Positions 40,125-53,398 are shown, counted from the stretch's first letter. The stretch is 64,000 nt of DNA from Octopus bimaculoides (GCF_001194135.2 NC_069001.1:8273725-8337724), one strand, 5' to 3'. The notes: generated by a model not told the origin, from the sequence alone. Made by a program: numbers and translations.

Positions 40125-41404
40125 TTTTAAGTCGAATTTATAACCGTATGAGTATGTATAAAAAGTTGGTTGCCTAATTTGAGTTTATATCTTAATTCTT
40201 ATATGTATGTATATATATATATCTGAAATACAAGAAATTGTATAGTAGGACCTCTATAAAGCTGATTATCTTAGAACCTCTTAAAATGCAGCCTTCTACC
40301 CGAATATATTACTGCTACAAATCATTTACTGAAGAAGCCCAGATGTTAGTGGATGTTATGGAATAGTGTAAAGCCCTAGGAGACTGAACATGTAACACAT
40401 TTTTCAGTTGATCCTTACACAGTTTTTGTTTACCCGAAACTATTTACTAGTTCCCCTTATTCTACACATATGTACACACTTGTGTGTGTGCATGCATGTG
40501 CATGCATGCATATGCTCTCTACGAGTGTGTATGTATGTGTGTGAACTAAGTTCATGAATTCAATAATTGCTGTAAATATCCTTCAGAAAACCTACTGTGT
40601 AGTGCATTGAGTGTTGATGAAGTAACTACACCCTCCCTTTCTCTTTCTTCCCCCGCCCCCCATGTATGCATGTATATGTGTACATCTGTGTAATATTCTC
40701 GCTAGTTGTTGACTACTATAATTGATATGATGACATTAACATTAACAAGAATGAATTGATTCTTGGCAGAACAAAGAAAACTGTGGTAGCATTTGATAGT
40801 TTGGTGGTGGTAGTGGTAGTAGTGGGGATGCTCTGTTGCATATGTAATCTGTGGTTGGGCATTTTTGTAAACAGATTAAAAGGCTTAAGAGGTTGACTGC
40901 CTTTTATTTGTGACTAGTTAGTGATTTGTAATGTCATTTGACTATCAAGCCCATATGAATTGTAATTTGACTGGCTAGCCCTTTTTTTTTTTTTTATGTG
41001 ATTTGGTGAGCTAGACTTATTAATGAGCTAAACTTGATAATGTTACTGGGTTATTTGTTCATCTTTCTCTGTCTTTTAGTCTACATCTCTGTCTTTTAGT
41101 CTGTATACCTGTCCTTCTTAGCCTTTCCCTTCATTCATATAGTTAGTCAACCCTTGTTAGTCCTTGTTCATATTGTAGTTGACCTCTAATATGATGTTGA
41201 TTTTTAAGGTTAACCCTAAGTAGAACTGCAATCAAAGGCGTTCCAGCCCTGACCATCCATCCAACCATTTTTAGAGCTATATAGGCCTACATTATCTAAT
41301 GTGTCCTTCACATTTTTAAGACAGTAGGTGTGAGTTGAGAGAGATTCGGTTGCTACTTCTAGCAGGTCAAATGATTACATAGGGACCTACTTCTTGTTGG
41401 GTAG

Positions 41405-41945
41405 TCCTTGTTAATGTAATTTATCTAGTTAATTACTTAGTCCTTGTTAATATCGTTTGGCTAGCTCTCTCTCTTGTTAATGCTATTTGGCTAACTTTCC
41501 CTTGTTGATATTATTTGGTTAAGTTAAGGCAGTGAGCTAACAGAAAAGGTTAGCACGCCGGGTGAAAAGGTTTAGCGGTATTTCGTCTGTCTTCATGTTC
41601 TGAGTTCAAATTCTGCCAAGGTCAACTTTGCCTTTCATCTTTTCGGGGTTGATAAATTAAGTACCAGTTGTGTACTGGGTCGATCTAATCGACTGGTTCT
41701 CTCCCCCCAAAATTTTGGGCCTTGTGCCTAGAATAGAAAAGATTATTTGGTTAAGCTTTCTTTATGCCATTTCACTAACTAAGCTTTATTGAAGTTATTT
41801 GGCTAGCTATCCCTTGTTAAAGTCATTTGACTAACTAAGCTTTTTTAATGACATTTGCTTTATTAGTGTCATTTGTCTAACAGAGCTTCTTTAATTCCAG
41901 TTGGCTAAATAAACCTTGTTAATTCCATTTGACCAACAAAGCTTT
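41405..41945. repeat. Degenerate roughly 30-bp minisatellite (cttgttaat..atttggctaact..) interrupted by a SINE
   Basis: Recurrent cttgttaa / atttggcta / atttgactaac motifs on both sides of the SINE at 41524-41741; similar motifs at 40900-41050. Confidence 0.6.
41524..41741 (+). mobile_element. tRNA-type SINE, near full length, with 14-bp target-site duplication
   Basis: aaggcagtgagctaacagaa..gttagcacgccgggtgaaa..gttctgagttcaaattc (B-box-like)..gtaccagttg..ccttgtgcctagaatagaaaag. Flanked by the exact repeat attatttggttaag at 41510-41523 and 41742-41755. Related copies at 32720-32925, 43719-43843, 44220-44385 (-) and 18730-18828 (-). Confidence 0.8.
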
Positions 41946-42749
41946 GTGAACATGTTTAATCTGTCCTACAAAAATATTGTGAGTAATTTTCTCATGACAA
42001 CACCCAAATGAAAAATAAGACTTTCAATGGAAAAAATTTAGATTATTTTTACTCTGTCTCTTTCATGATTGCACATGTTATTATTATTTTTTTTATTCTA
42101 CTCACTGTCAGGCTGCTGAAGATTCACTTGTGCTGCATTCCTGGCAATAGTATCTGTTGATTTTTTTTCTTCATAAGTTTGAATAGGTGGAAAAGTGCCC
42201 ATGATGTTTGTGGTTAGTTGAAGATTGGTAAGAATGATAACGATGATGTTAAATTTGAACATTTGTTGGGTGCTACTTAGTAGATGAAAACATGAATTGA
42301 GAGGATCTTGTAATATATATATATATATATATTCCTTTATTCTTTTATTTGTTTCAGTCATTTGACTGTCTCAATAAGTCTTATTTTATCCATGCCAGCA
42401 TGGAAAAGAGTGGATGTGAAGACGATGATTATGAACTCCCTGAGTTGCTAAACTTTGCTGGGAGTAGTAATGAAAAGTTTCTAGGATCTGGTTCACCCCT
42501 TCTCTTTATGTCCTAAAAATCCCAACTCTAACATCATCACACTATATCTCAAATGATAGGTACATCAGTATATCATCTAGTGATACCAAAGACAATTGTA
42601 GCCGAAGTAGGTGCCTCTACATAGAAGCTGAAAATGCCAAGTCCCACTCAAATTACACCCTACCATTTAGAAAAAGAAATGACACTTTAGATAATGTAGT
42701 TTTAGATATAATCTGAATACAAGCTGGGATGGTCATGACTGAAATGTTT

Positions 42750-43000
42750 TTCATTATAGATCTGCTGAAACATGGCTAACCTGAACAACTGAAACAAGCA
42801 TTTTGTTGTCTGTTTGAAGTAAAAATTTCTCTTGGATGTGTCATTCTGAGAATCTATGTTGAGGAAAATTTCATTCTGTTGGGTAATTTCTGAGAGGAAG
42901 TGGCACTTGGGAAACTTACAGTTTTGTAGAATATCCTGAACATCTGTTAATGTCAGAGATGGCTCTACACATTCCATGTGAGGGTGATGGTTCAAAACTA
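42750..43000 (+). mobile_element. Very decayed RTE-like LINE ORF2 fragment
   Basis: SAETWLT...SWMCH and, in a shifted frame, RWLYTFHVRVM. These resemble the RTE motifs GSETW / RWMC / RWYGHV in the right order. Several stops. Confidence 0.4.
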
Positions 43001-46000
43001 ATGGAGGGAATTCAGATAACATATACACCAGTAAGACAGGCTGCTGTGTTGTATGTATACAGCTGTAAGACTTTGGTGTATTCACATGCGTGTGCACGCA
43101 CACACACACATGCACACAATGTACACACACACCCACATGCATACATAAAGTCACATCTGTAAGACTATATATGTCTATGTTTGTGTATAAATAGCATAAA
43201 ATAATTTTTAACAGTAGAGAATTCAATACAAAGATGTAGCATCTATGAATTTTATCAAATGCTTGAATAAACATATGTGTGTGTGTGTGTGTGCAATAGG
43301 GTTTCACACAGTTTTTATCTGACAAATGGACTCACAAGGTATTGATCAACCTGCAGCTATAATATAAGACACTTGCTTAATGTACCACATAGTGGGACTG
43401 GACCTCACACTTGCTGTGCCTGAGTCTCTCTCTCTCTCTCTCTCTCTCTGTTTCTTTGTTTTGACATCACTGGTGCTGGTGTCATATAAAAAGTACCCAA
43501 TATACTTGTAAAGTGGTTGGCATTAGGAAGGGCATCCAGCTGTTGGAACCATGTCAAAGCAGACATTGCAGCTTGGTACTGTCCTTTGACTCGCCAGCTC
43601 CTTTCAAACTGTCACACACCTCTTTTCTGTTGGTATTTTGATACTGCTGGCATAACATCTAATGTGTTAAAGTCCTCATACTGTCATGCTTGTAGATTAT
43701 TCTTAATATAAGTCAGAGTAAGGCAGTGAGTTGGTGGAATCATTACTGTGTCGAACAAAATGCCTGGGGTATTTCCTCTGACTTATTACATTCTGAGTTC
43801 AAATTCCAATAGGATTAACTTTATCCCTCTGGAGTCAATAAACAAAGACACGTGTCTTTGTTTGTCTTCCCACCACAGTTTGGGACAATTTGAGTCATAA
43901 GTTTGCAGCATCACAGCTGACTTCAGACTAAACAATAACTCATTTATGCAATCCTTCCAACCCATCCTCAAGCTCCTTGAAACTCTTACAACATTTTTTT
44001 TTTTTTATATTTCTTTATTCTGCAAACATAAACTGCAATAACCTCACTAATTTCAGCTGACCTAGAAAAGACACATGCCACCACTCCTGTCTCTGACTAA
44101 ATAACACTTTTTGATCTGGGCACAAACACTGCAATGGGACGTGNNNNNNNNNNNNNNNNNNNNNNNNNNNNNNNNNNNNNNNNNNNNNNNNNNNNNNNNN
44201 NNNNNNNNNNNNNNNNNGAGTAAGTTAATTTCATTGACTCCAATATTTGACTGGTACTTCAGTTTATTGACTCCAGAGGGATAAAGTTAATCCTATTGGA
44301 ATTTGAACTCAGAATGTAATAAGTCAGAAGAAATACCCCAGGCATTTTGTTCGACACAGTAATGATTCCACCAACACACTGCCTTACTCTGACTTATATT
44401 AAGAATAATCTACAAGCATGACATTTTGGTTGGCCTGAGGCCATAGTAGAAAACACTTGCCCAAGGTGTCATGCAGTGGAACTGAACCCCCGAACCATAT
44501 GATTGGGAAGCAAGCTTCTCACCACATGGCCATGGTCAGTTCAGATTCAGATTATAAAAGGCATTCAAGCCCTCTTTTTCTTCAATGTCTAAAACCATAT
44601 TATCCAACACGGCAGTTCTTTTTCAAGATGGTAGGGTGTGATCTGAGGGAGATTAAAGCTATTATTTCTTGAGTATTGAGTGACCACTTTGTTGGCTCAG
44701 GAATAATTCTGTATTAAAATAGAAGTTTGGTGGTTGGGACAATAAGAATGATGACTGAATGAAAGGTATTTATACTGGATGGGTTTGGGAAGTTGTGGTA
44801 CCTAGTCTTATATTGGTGAGTGGATCTTTGACAATAATCAGGGGTGCAGGGCATAGCTTTTGCAGTGCAGATTTAGCAATGCTGTATAAAATCTTCCTTT
44901 GGATCCAAATTCAGTTTCTAGTTACAAACTTTATTTTGTGACTAATTGTGTGCATGCACATGCATGTGTATGTGCATGCATGCATGCAACTGTGTTAAAT
45001 CCATAAGTCAGACAACGGCCACCACAAAATGTAGTTTGTCTCAGATTATACAGGATACATATGATGCCTGCAGTGTAGAACACTACTCCTATCATAGCTC
45101 AGTCTATGTTAATCTCAACAGATGCACATGTAATATTCAGTTGCAGTGGACTTTGACCTCGGGTTCCAAGAGATTTTTAGAAGCAGGTTTTATTTCACTG
45201 AGGATTTGATGTCTACCATAGTCTCAAAGTAAGTGGAACTGTGAGTGAAAACAGGTTGCATGCAATCCATAATGTAAAGTGAATGATAAAAGGAATGACT
45301 TCCCATTTGTGTATGTGTGTGTGTGGGGGGACCCACATGGTTTTTACAATCCTCACAATATGCAACCCAACTGAGAGAATAGTACCACCAAATGGTAGTT
45401 CTACCACAGAAAACCTCTCTAGTGTCAACAGTATGATAAAAAAAAAAAAAAGCATTCAATCCACTTTTTAAGGTGGTTGGTGACAGAAAAGGCATCCAGT
45501 TGTAAAAACAATACCAAAATTTTGACATGCACAAGAAAGACGGTTTGGTTTTTTTCTGTTTATGTGTGTGCCAGATGACACCACTCTGATGAATAATGAG
45601 ATGCTGACATCTGTCCAACCCATGCTAGCATAGAAAGACATGTAAAGATGATGATAATGATGATGACAAAACTGTGTAGAAGCCCTTCAGAAGGTTTCCA
45701 TCTGTTGAGTGGTAGACTTAATTCACTGCTAGGTTTGATCCTGTTACCTAGTCTTTGGGTGCCTTTAGTGGAATGCACTATGTTGCCATCATTCAACTGA
45801 AGACTCTAGTTTGAGGATATGTAATTTGCTGTCTTTATCCACTGTTTCCTACTAAGTGTTGCATTTTCTTTCGTCCTCCTGTCTTTACCCTACCCTCATC
45901 AATCTCAGAAGACCTACAAAAAAGCCATGGGTATTGTCCCTTCATCCTCTATTTAAGACCTAAAATAAATAAAAAGGGCCTCCAGTACCTCCTACATGGT

Positions 46001-46268
46001 AAAGCAAAATAAGTGGATTCAGGCTTTATATATTTGATGCCTGGGACTTCACTGATTATCTGCTCCGAGATATGAACACTCAATTCTGTAGTCCAGTTGT
46101 CAGATGCTGCTAATTAATTAATTTCATTTATGGTCACTTCAGGCAGGATTTGATCTTGGCTAGGCATCAGAAACGTGTAAAGGCCACTAAACTACTCCTG
46201 ACTGCAAATGCTGCGCTTCTCTTCTACATCGGCCTCTTGCTGCATATTCGGGTGAAAGGTTAATGTTT

Positions 46269-46317
<49 letters not shown>

Positions 46318-48645
46318 AACTTCCTCTTTTGACTGAAATGTAAATAAACACTTCATATGGGCTGTTACTATTCCCTTCAAACACCATCACCATCATTGCT
46401 GCTACCATCACTGTTATCCTAAACATCATCACTAACACTACTCATCACTACACAACCACTACCACCAACACCAAACTTTACCATCCCCCATTACACACTG
46501 CCACCACTACACACTGCCATCCGCCCATCCCCAATCACCACCAAACAACTATAAACCACCACCACCTCCTACACTACACACCATTATCTAGCATACACTA
46601 ATTGATGTTTCAAGCTTCAAAACAGGAAACTGTATCTAAAAGCATCTTCAAACTTTTAGTGAGGTTTTGGTGGAAATATTTAATACCAGTGTTGGTGGTG
46701 GTGGTGTTGGTGGTAGTCATGGTAGTTACAATAATGGCGGTGGTGATGATATGGTTATGGTAGTTGTAGTGGTAATTGTGGTAGTAGTGATTGATAGCAA
46801 TGATAGGTGTTAATAGTGATAGAGGTGATAGTTGTTATAATGGTGATGTTGGTGATGATGGTGGTGGTGCTAGTTGTGATTAATAGTAGTAATAGTGCTG
46901 GTTATAGTGGTGGTGGTAGTGTTGTTGTTTAGCTCCAAGCTGGTCCTGATTGAGTAGATTTATCCTTCTTTTGAGACAGTGTATCTTGGATTATATTATC
47001 CATCGTGTCCATTTTTTTCTTAAGATGGTGGGATGTGGTTTGAGGCAGATTTGGCTGCTATTGCTAGCAAGATGATGAATGACTGGCTCCATTGTTGGTT
47101 CACTGGTGCTTGTGTTGATGATGATGATGTTGTTGGTGGTTGTGATGCTGATGTTGTTGGTGGTTGTGATGCTGATGTTCACAGGAATAACAAGGATGGT
47201 GCTTTTGTGGTGGTGGTAGTGGTGGTGGTGGTGGTGGCAGTTGTGATAGTGATATTGATGATGTTGATGTTGATAGCTGTAATAACAATTAGAGGTGCAA
47301 ATAAGGCAGGTGCTTGTCTTGAGGGCTCTTGAGATAGTTAGTATGGGATGTTGTTCGGAAGTGATGCAATACACACTGCATGTATACACCCAAGCACTTG
47401 TATGTCTGTGCATGTGTTAAGTTATAAGCCTGAACAAACTGTATCAACAGCAACCTTTGTTCTTTGATTCTCTGACAGAAATATCAAGATATAATGGTAT
47501 AATGGTCAATGGCCTTCTTACTTCCATCTGTCACGCTTCTTATATCAGTATACATATATCATTATTTATAATGATTTCAAATTGTGACACAAGGTCAGCA
47601 ATTATAGGAGAGAGGCTTAGTTGATTACATTGACACCAATGCGCAGTTGGTACTTATTTTACTGATCTTGGAAGGACGAAAGGCAAAGTTGACCTTGGCA
47701 GCATAATAATAATACTTTTTCCTACTATAGGCACAAGGCCTGAATTTGGTGGGAAGGAGTTAGTCACTTACATCAACCCCAAGACTTATAGCATTGGGGT
47801 TGATTTTTAGGATAACCTCTCTTAAGCATCTCTTGTGAGTTATGTTACCCCTGAGGAAAGGCTTTCCTCTCCCAGGTCTTGTTGGTTGTGAATTGTCATC
47901 AATGCTTCTCTAACTTTCTTCTTTTCTAAGACACACACACACACACACACACATACACAAACACATAAATAGGCTTCTGCACAATTTCCGCCTTCCAAAT
48001 TCTACTCACAAAGTTTTATAACTAATAATGATTTCTAGCATAGATTGGCCTCATCATATGACTTGGTATTTATTTTATTTGCCTCAGAAAAGATATAACA
48101 TTCACCTTGGCAGAGGTAGAACTCAGAGCTAAAAATTAGCATAATTAATTATCACAAGGCATTTTCATCTGGTGTCCTAATGATCTGTCATGCTATTCTC
48201 TCAATTATGAAATAACAATAATAATTATCAGTTCTTTATTTGTGACAATAACATTACAAATGTGGGGTACAAAAACATGTAATTATGTAATTGCCATCAA
48301 ATGAAGAAAAAAATAAATGCACGTGTTAAAACAAGATATGAAATATGAAAATGTAGAAACATATGTTCCAAAAGGGAGATTGTTGCCTAGAGTAACATGG
48401 GGTAGCCCTATAAATCCATAAATGTTCTTCAACACTAAGATAAATATCTTCTTCCTGCTAGAAATTATTAATGAAATTACAAATGGAGCCATTTAGCTGC
48501 ATCAAATTCACTGCTTTCACCATCTTTCAGCAAATTTACTGGAGGGCAGCACTTCTCGCCCTATTTTCACCCTTCTTTTCAAATGGTAATTGAAAATGAG
48601 GTCTTGACAATTTGTCCTTCACATTACCTTTTTTACTATATGTAC

Positions 48646-48789
48646 CAGTGTTTCTCAACTATTTTTTTACCAATGGACCCCGTTGATTCCAATTTTACTG
48701 AGGATGGGGGGGATCTTCTTAGCTAATTTTAACAAGAAAATCTTATATGAACCCCCGAGGGCCATATGAATCTTGGTTGAGAACCTCTG
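48646..48789. mobile_element. hAT-like MITE (144 bp)
   Basis: 14-bp TIRs cagtgtttctcaac / gttgagaacctctg (12/14). Flanking 8-mers atatgtac / atatgcat (6/8) fit an 8-bp hAT target-site duplication. Confidence 0.7.
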
Positions 48790-51657
48790 ATATGCATCAA
48801 TCAGTTAGTGGAAAACTGCCTGCTTTTCCTTATCAAAAGAAGGCAGTGGGTCAATCTTTACAATGAGCATGTCTGACTGCCGGATCCATCTGACATACAC
48901 TAACAGGTGTTTGATGCAACTCCACAAGTCAGTAAAGAACAAGTGCAAGCAGAATGATTTCATTCTTCTGTGTTTGTATCAAACAAGCCAGGCTAATACC
49001 ACTGGCATTTCTGTAGAGTTTATCTCAAACAGGCAACTGTAGGTAGCGCTGTCTATAGTTGCCAGTTTGAGATAAACTCTACAGATATGGTACTGGTGCT
49101 ACATAAGAAGCACCCAGGACACACTGTAAAGTGGTTGGCATTAAGGAAAGCACTAACTGTAGAAACCACACCAAAGCAAACAGTGGAAACTGGTGTGGCT
49201 CCTGGCCTTGTCAGTTCCTGTTAAACTGTCCAACCCATGTCACCATGGAAAATAGATGTTAATAATAATGATGATGATGTATACAAGTTCTTAATGAGTG
49301 TTTCCTCTGAAGGAATCAGAATTATCATTATCATTACCACCACTTTTATTTAAACAGAAACAATTTAGTAAAAAAAAAAACATTACTTCTATAATTATTC
49401 CTGTCCATTATTCTTGATATTGGGTAATGGTGGTGTTGCAGATGGGAGGCAGTTTCTCAGCTATCTTGCTAATTTCCAGTTCCCCTACATCTCCATCAAT
49501 TAGAGGTACTAAATCAATCTGGGTGGAGGTACAGTTTGATGATTCCTATTCCCTGCTATATCTGATCCCATTCTCTTCTCTGCAACTCCTCCTGCCACCT
49601 TACCATTTTCTCTTTCCTATAAAATATGTCAAAGTTTAGTTCTGGTTTGTCTCACTAGGAAAATGCTTGAATTCATTAATTTCTTCAGTGGGAGAAAGGA
49701 ATTATTTGGAAATGTAGCCTTTCAATGAGAGTGAGTAGGGTGTATGTTGGGAGAAACATCAAGGTAATGAATAAATGAAGGGATGGAGAAGTTAAGCATG
49801 CTTGTAAGTCCCCCCACCCTCCATTTTTTTCTTGAAGGTGAAGCAAATTGTTTCATTTCTACAAAGGGTCTCTGCTTAGTTTTGTTTAGACAAAGCGGGT
49901 GTTTTTTTTCTCTTTCAAATGTTACCTCACTCCCCTCTCTTTCAAAGGAATGAAATCCCCAAATTCAGTACCTTACCAGTATACATGCTGACAGGAAATG
50001 ACACTTTGTCATCATTAAATAAGTTTTCTTATTTATTTATTTATTTATTTATCTTTGTAAATTAACTACAGAAATAGTAATTTTTATTATTTCATCCAAA
50101 TTACTGCTGTAGCTATTTGCTGCTGCTGCTGCTACTACTACTGCAACAGCAGTAGTACTGTGGCAGGAATGCTAAAATACCTAACAAAATCCTTTGTGCT
50201 ATTTAGTTGTCTTTATTTACATACAAATCTTGGTGGGTTTAGTTGTTAGTTGCGTCTCTCTTATCTCTGGGTGAATGATTAAGTACCGGTGGTGTACAGA
50301 GGTAAATTTAATCTACTAAGGCTTTCTCCTCAAATTTCTGGCTCTGTGCATGCATTTGTTAGAAATTTTTTATCATGTCTTCAATTGGTGGTTTGAGAAA
50401 TATACCAAGTGCATTGCATCTTGTATTTGAAGACTATATCTTTTATTGCATCAAAAAGAAAGAGCCATTTCTCGGTAAACATGCATAAGAGTGTTCAAGG
50501 TTAACAAATACTGTGTGAAGATGCCCCAGCAATATCTATAAATCTTACTATTTTTTTGGAACATGCCTAAGTCTATCTGTTTAGGCAATCTGCCAATGTA
50601 TTTACAAAAGTGGTTGTTATCATTCCAGCAGAGCCAATTAAAAATGGGATGAGGGACACTTTTTTTAAACTGTCATAATGCCTTTAATTATGTAATTAAC
50701 AACACTTACAGACCTTAGCAATTGCAGTTTTGTGGTACGTTTGTATGTCTTTCATTATTGCTAATATTTTAATGTCTATACTCAAGTGGTTGAGTATTGT
50801 TTTCCATTTGAACTAATTACAAATAAGATGATACACTTTCACTGCTTTAATCATTAGACTGCAGCCATGCTGGGCTACCAGTTGAAGGGTTTCAATCATT
50901 CATATTGATCTTAGTACTTATTTTTACATCTGGTACATATCGATATCTATTTGTTGATCTGCTAAGTTTTGAGACATAAACAAAGGCTTTGTTTTCAAAA
51001 GGTATCTACGTAAAAATAGACCCATACAAATAAGCATGCATGCCTGCCTGCATGAGTCTGTCAACTATGTATATATTGTACAAGTATGTCGCATGTGTAT
51101 AATATATACATATATATCATAAGCATAGCAAAACAGGAAATTGAAAATTTTTGGGTGTTATTTATTCACCATTACACATGTTTCATTTGCTGATAGGAAT
51201 TACAGAGTTTTACATGTTAGATAGACATGTAAGGAATTTCCGATTAGAAATTCTTCGGACAAGAAATTAAATAATCCAAATTTTGCATTTAGGTGAAGCA
51301 TTTATATTTCTTGCAGGTCAATTAATTGCGTAGTGGATATCTCACAAGCTTATTTTAAGTTAGTTACAATCACCTTGGGAAAAACAAAATGCAAAAAGAT
51401 TTTAGAGAATGTAATTTTAGATCATAGTATATCAGAGGCTGAACTGGAAGTAAACAGTTATTTTTAAACTTTAAGAAATAATGCTAAGATTGTCATTTTG
51501 AAAGAAAATACCTATTGGAGATACAAGTTGAGTGTAGATCAAGAGTATTAGGGATTCTCTAGTTGCTATTGGCGACTAAGATCAGTGAGATATTTTACCA
51601 AAGGGTTCATCATATATTTTAGAAATGTATTTTTATATCATTGACATTGCTATCTTA

Positions 51658-51895
51658 GATATTTGACATCAGTACCCTGTATATTTGACTTTGGTACAAT
51701 GTATGTTTAATACAAGTACTCTTTATATTTGACATATGCTCTCTATAAATTTGGCATCTTTATCCTGTACATTCCACATCAATACTTTGTTTATTCTACC
51801 TATGTACTCTATATTCAATGTCCATAATCAGTATATTTGCTACATGCCATATGCCCTCTGTATATTTAACACATGTACTCGTATAATTGACCATG
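51658..51895. repeat. Degenerate 22-bp minisatellite (consensus about tatatttgacatcagtactctg)
   Basis: Unit starts at 51658, 51680, 51702, 51724, 51746, 51768 and 51790 are exactly 22 nt apart; the phase loosens afterwards. Confidence 0.7.
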
Positions 51896-52166
51896 GTCTG
51901 TGTGTTTGGTATAGCAGTGTATTTGTCAAAAGTTGGCTTGACTGATATGGTAGGGTCTGTTGCATGTTTCCCAAATCTCTTTACCATTTACCTTGCCTAT
52001 CAATCCCCTTCCCCTCAAACAAATACTTCTCTAGGCATCATACACTTACTCCTTATTCCTCTCTACCAATACCACAGGAAACAATAAAGATATCCTAAGA
52101 TTTTATTATGAAGAACTTGTTAATATTATTTTCTTTATTGGATGTTCTTTTTTTTCTCCTATCCAG

Positions 52167-52222
52167 GTTTTGTACACATTGTCGAAACTTTCTAAAACAG
52201 AACTAGCTCAAAAGACTGCCAG
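52167..52222 (+). CDS. VAV: Vav-family GEF, next coding exon (end of CH domain)
   Basis: ttttttttctcctatccag acceptor, AG|gtatgc donor. 56 nt, phase 0-2, VLYTLSKLSKTELAQKTA+AG; compare recalled VAV1 VIYTLSALSWTPIAQNRG. In frame with the previous exon. Too short to appear in the ORF track. Confidence 0.93.
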
Positions 52223-52954
52223 GTATGCTTTTTAATAGCTTTATTATTATTGTTGTTGTTGTTGTTATTGTTATTATTATCATTATTATTTTTATTATTA
52301 TTATTATTTCCTGAGCACATTATTTATCTCCTGTCTAATATTTTAGAAAACTTTTAACCCTTTGGCATTCAGATTTCTCTGTCAAATGTAATGCTTATTT
52401 ATTTTACATTGTTTTGAATTAATTACACAGCCTCTTTAACTTTAAGATTTTGATGGTGTAATTGTTTATTTTTATACTGACATTGTCAGTAAGATATACA
52501 TGAGAAACTGAATCCAGCTGGCTTGAACGTAAAATATTCATAAAATATTTTGGTTAGATATGGGCTGATTTAAATGCTAAAGGGTTAAAAATAGTTGTTA
52601 TTCACAAACTCTGCTGTAATGTTGCTAGGGTTCAAATCTTGGATGAACAGACAAAATTAACAAAAAGCATTCTAATCACGACCATCCAATCTTTTTAAGG
52701 TTGGTAGAATGTGAATTGATTGAGATTTGGTTGTGATTTCTAGCAAGACAAGCAACCACATAATGATCTTTATTAGCAATGTGGAGAAGGTGTCTTCCTG
52801 TGTTTTCTTGGCAGTTTTCACACCAACCACACCACTGCCATCATCATCACCATGTGTAAACTGTATATACTACAAATGATGAATTTTATGTATATACAAC
52901 TACTGGAGTGAAATGGTATTGCTATCGTCTTCCAAAGGACATCCAATATGACAT

Positions 52955-53398
52955 TGACCACGGTTGGATGATGCTTTTTACGTGCCACCGGCATGGGGAG
53001 CCAGTCAGGTGGGTCTGGCAGCGATCCATGCATGAATGGTGCTTATTGCGTGCCACCAGCACTGGTAATGACTACAACTACAATTTCATTTGATTTTGAT
53101 TTACTTGACTCAATAGGTCTCCTCAAGCACAGAATGTTGCCCGATGATTCAAAGGTATTTTTTAAATGGGCTGGTTATGCAACACTGGTGTAGGCTACAG
53201 CTGTGACCTCACTTTCCTTGCCAGGTCTTCTCAGTCACAGCATATCTCCAGAGGTCTTAATCTTTCGTCATTGCCTCTGTGAGGCCCAATGTTCGAAGGC
53301 TTCTGCATCACCCACCAGATAAGGTATCAGGGGACCTTGTCAAAGGCTTTCTCCAAGTCAACAAAAGCCAAGTATAGGGGTTTATCTTGGCTAGATAA
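52955..53398 (-). mobile_element. RTE-clade LINE remnant: RT motif fused to ORF2 C-terminus and 3' UTR
   Basis: Minus strand reads KDKPLYLAFVDLEKAFDKVP, then (shifted frame) LIWWVMQK, then directly LRTLGLTEAMTKD*DLWRYAVTEKT, followed by UTR-like sequence carrying the GC-rich repeat units also seen at 53990-54230. Confidence 0.85.

Noticed and set aside
41526-41620. tRNA-like A/B-box sequence
   Set aside because: It is the head of a SINE with body, tail and TSD; no complete cloverleaf, so not called a tRNA gene.
42702-43325. 207-aa minus-strand ORF
   Set aside because: Runs through (CA)n tracts, a dispersed repeat and the antisense of a decayed LINE fragment; no recognisable protein.
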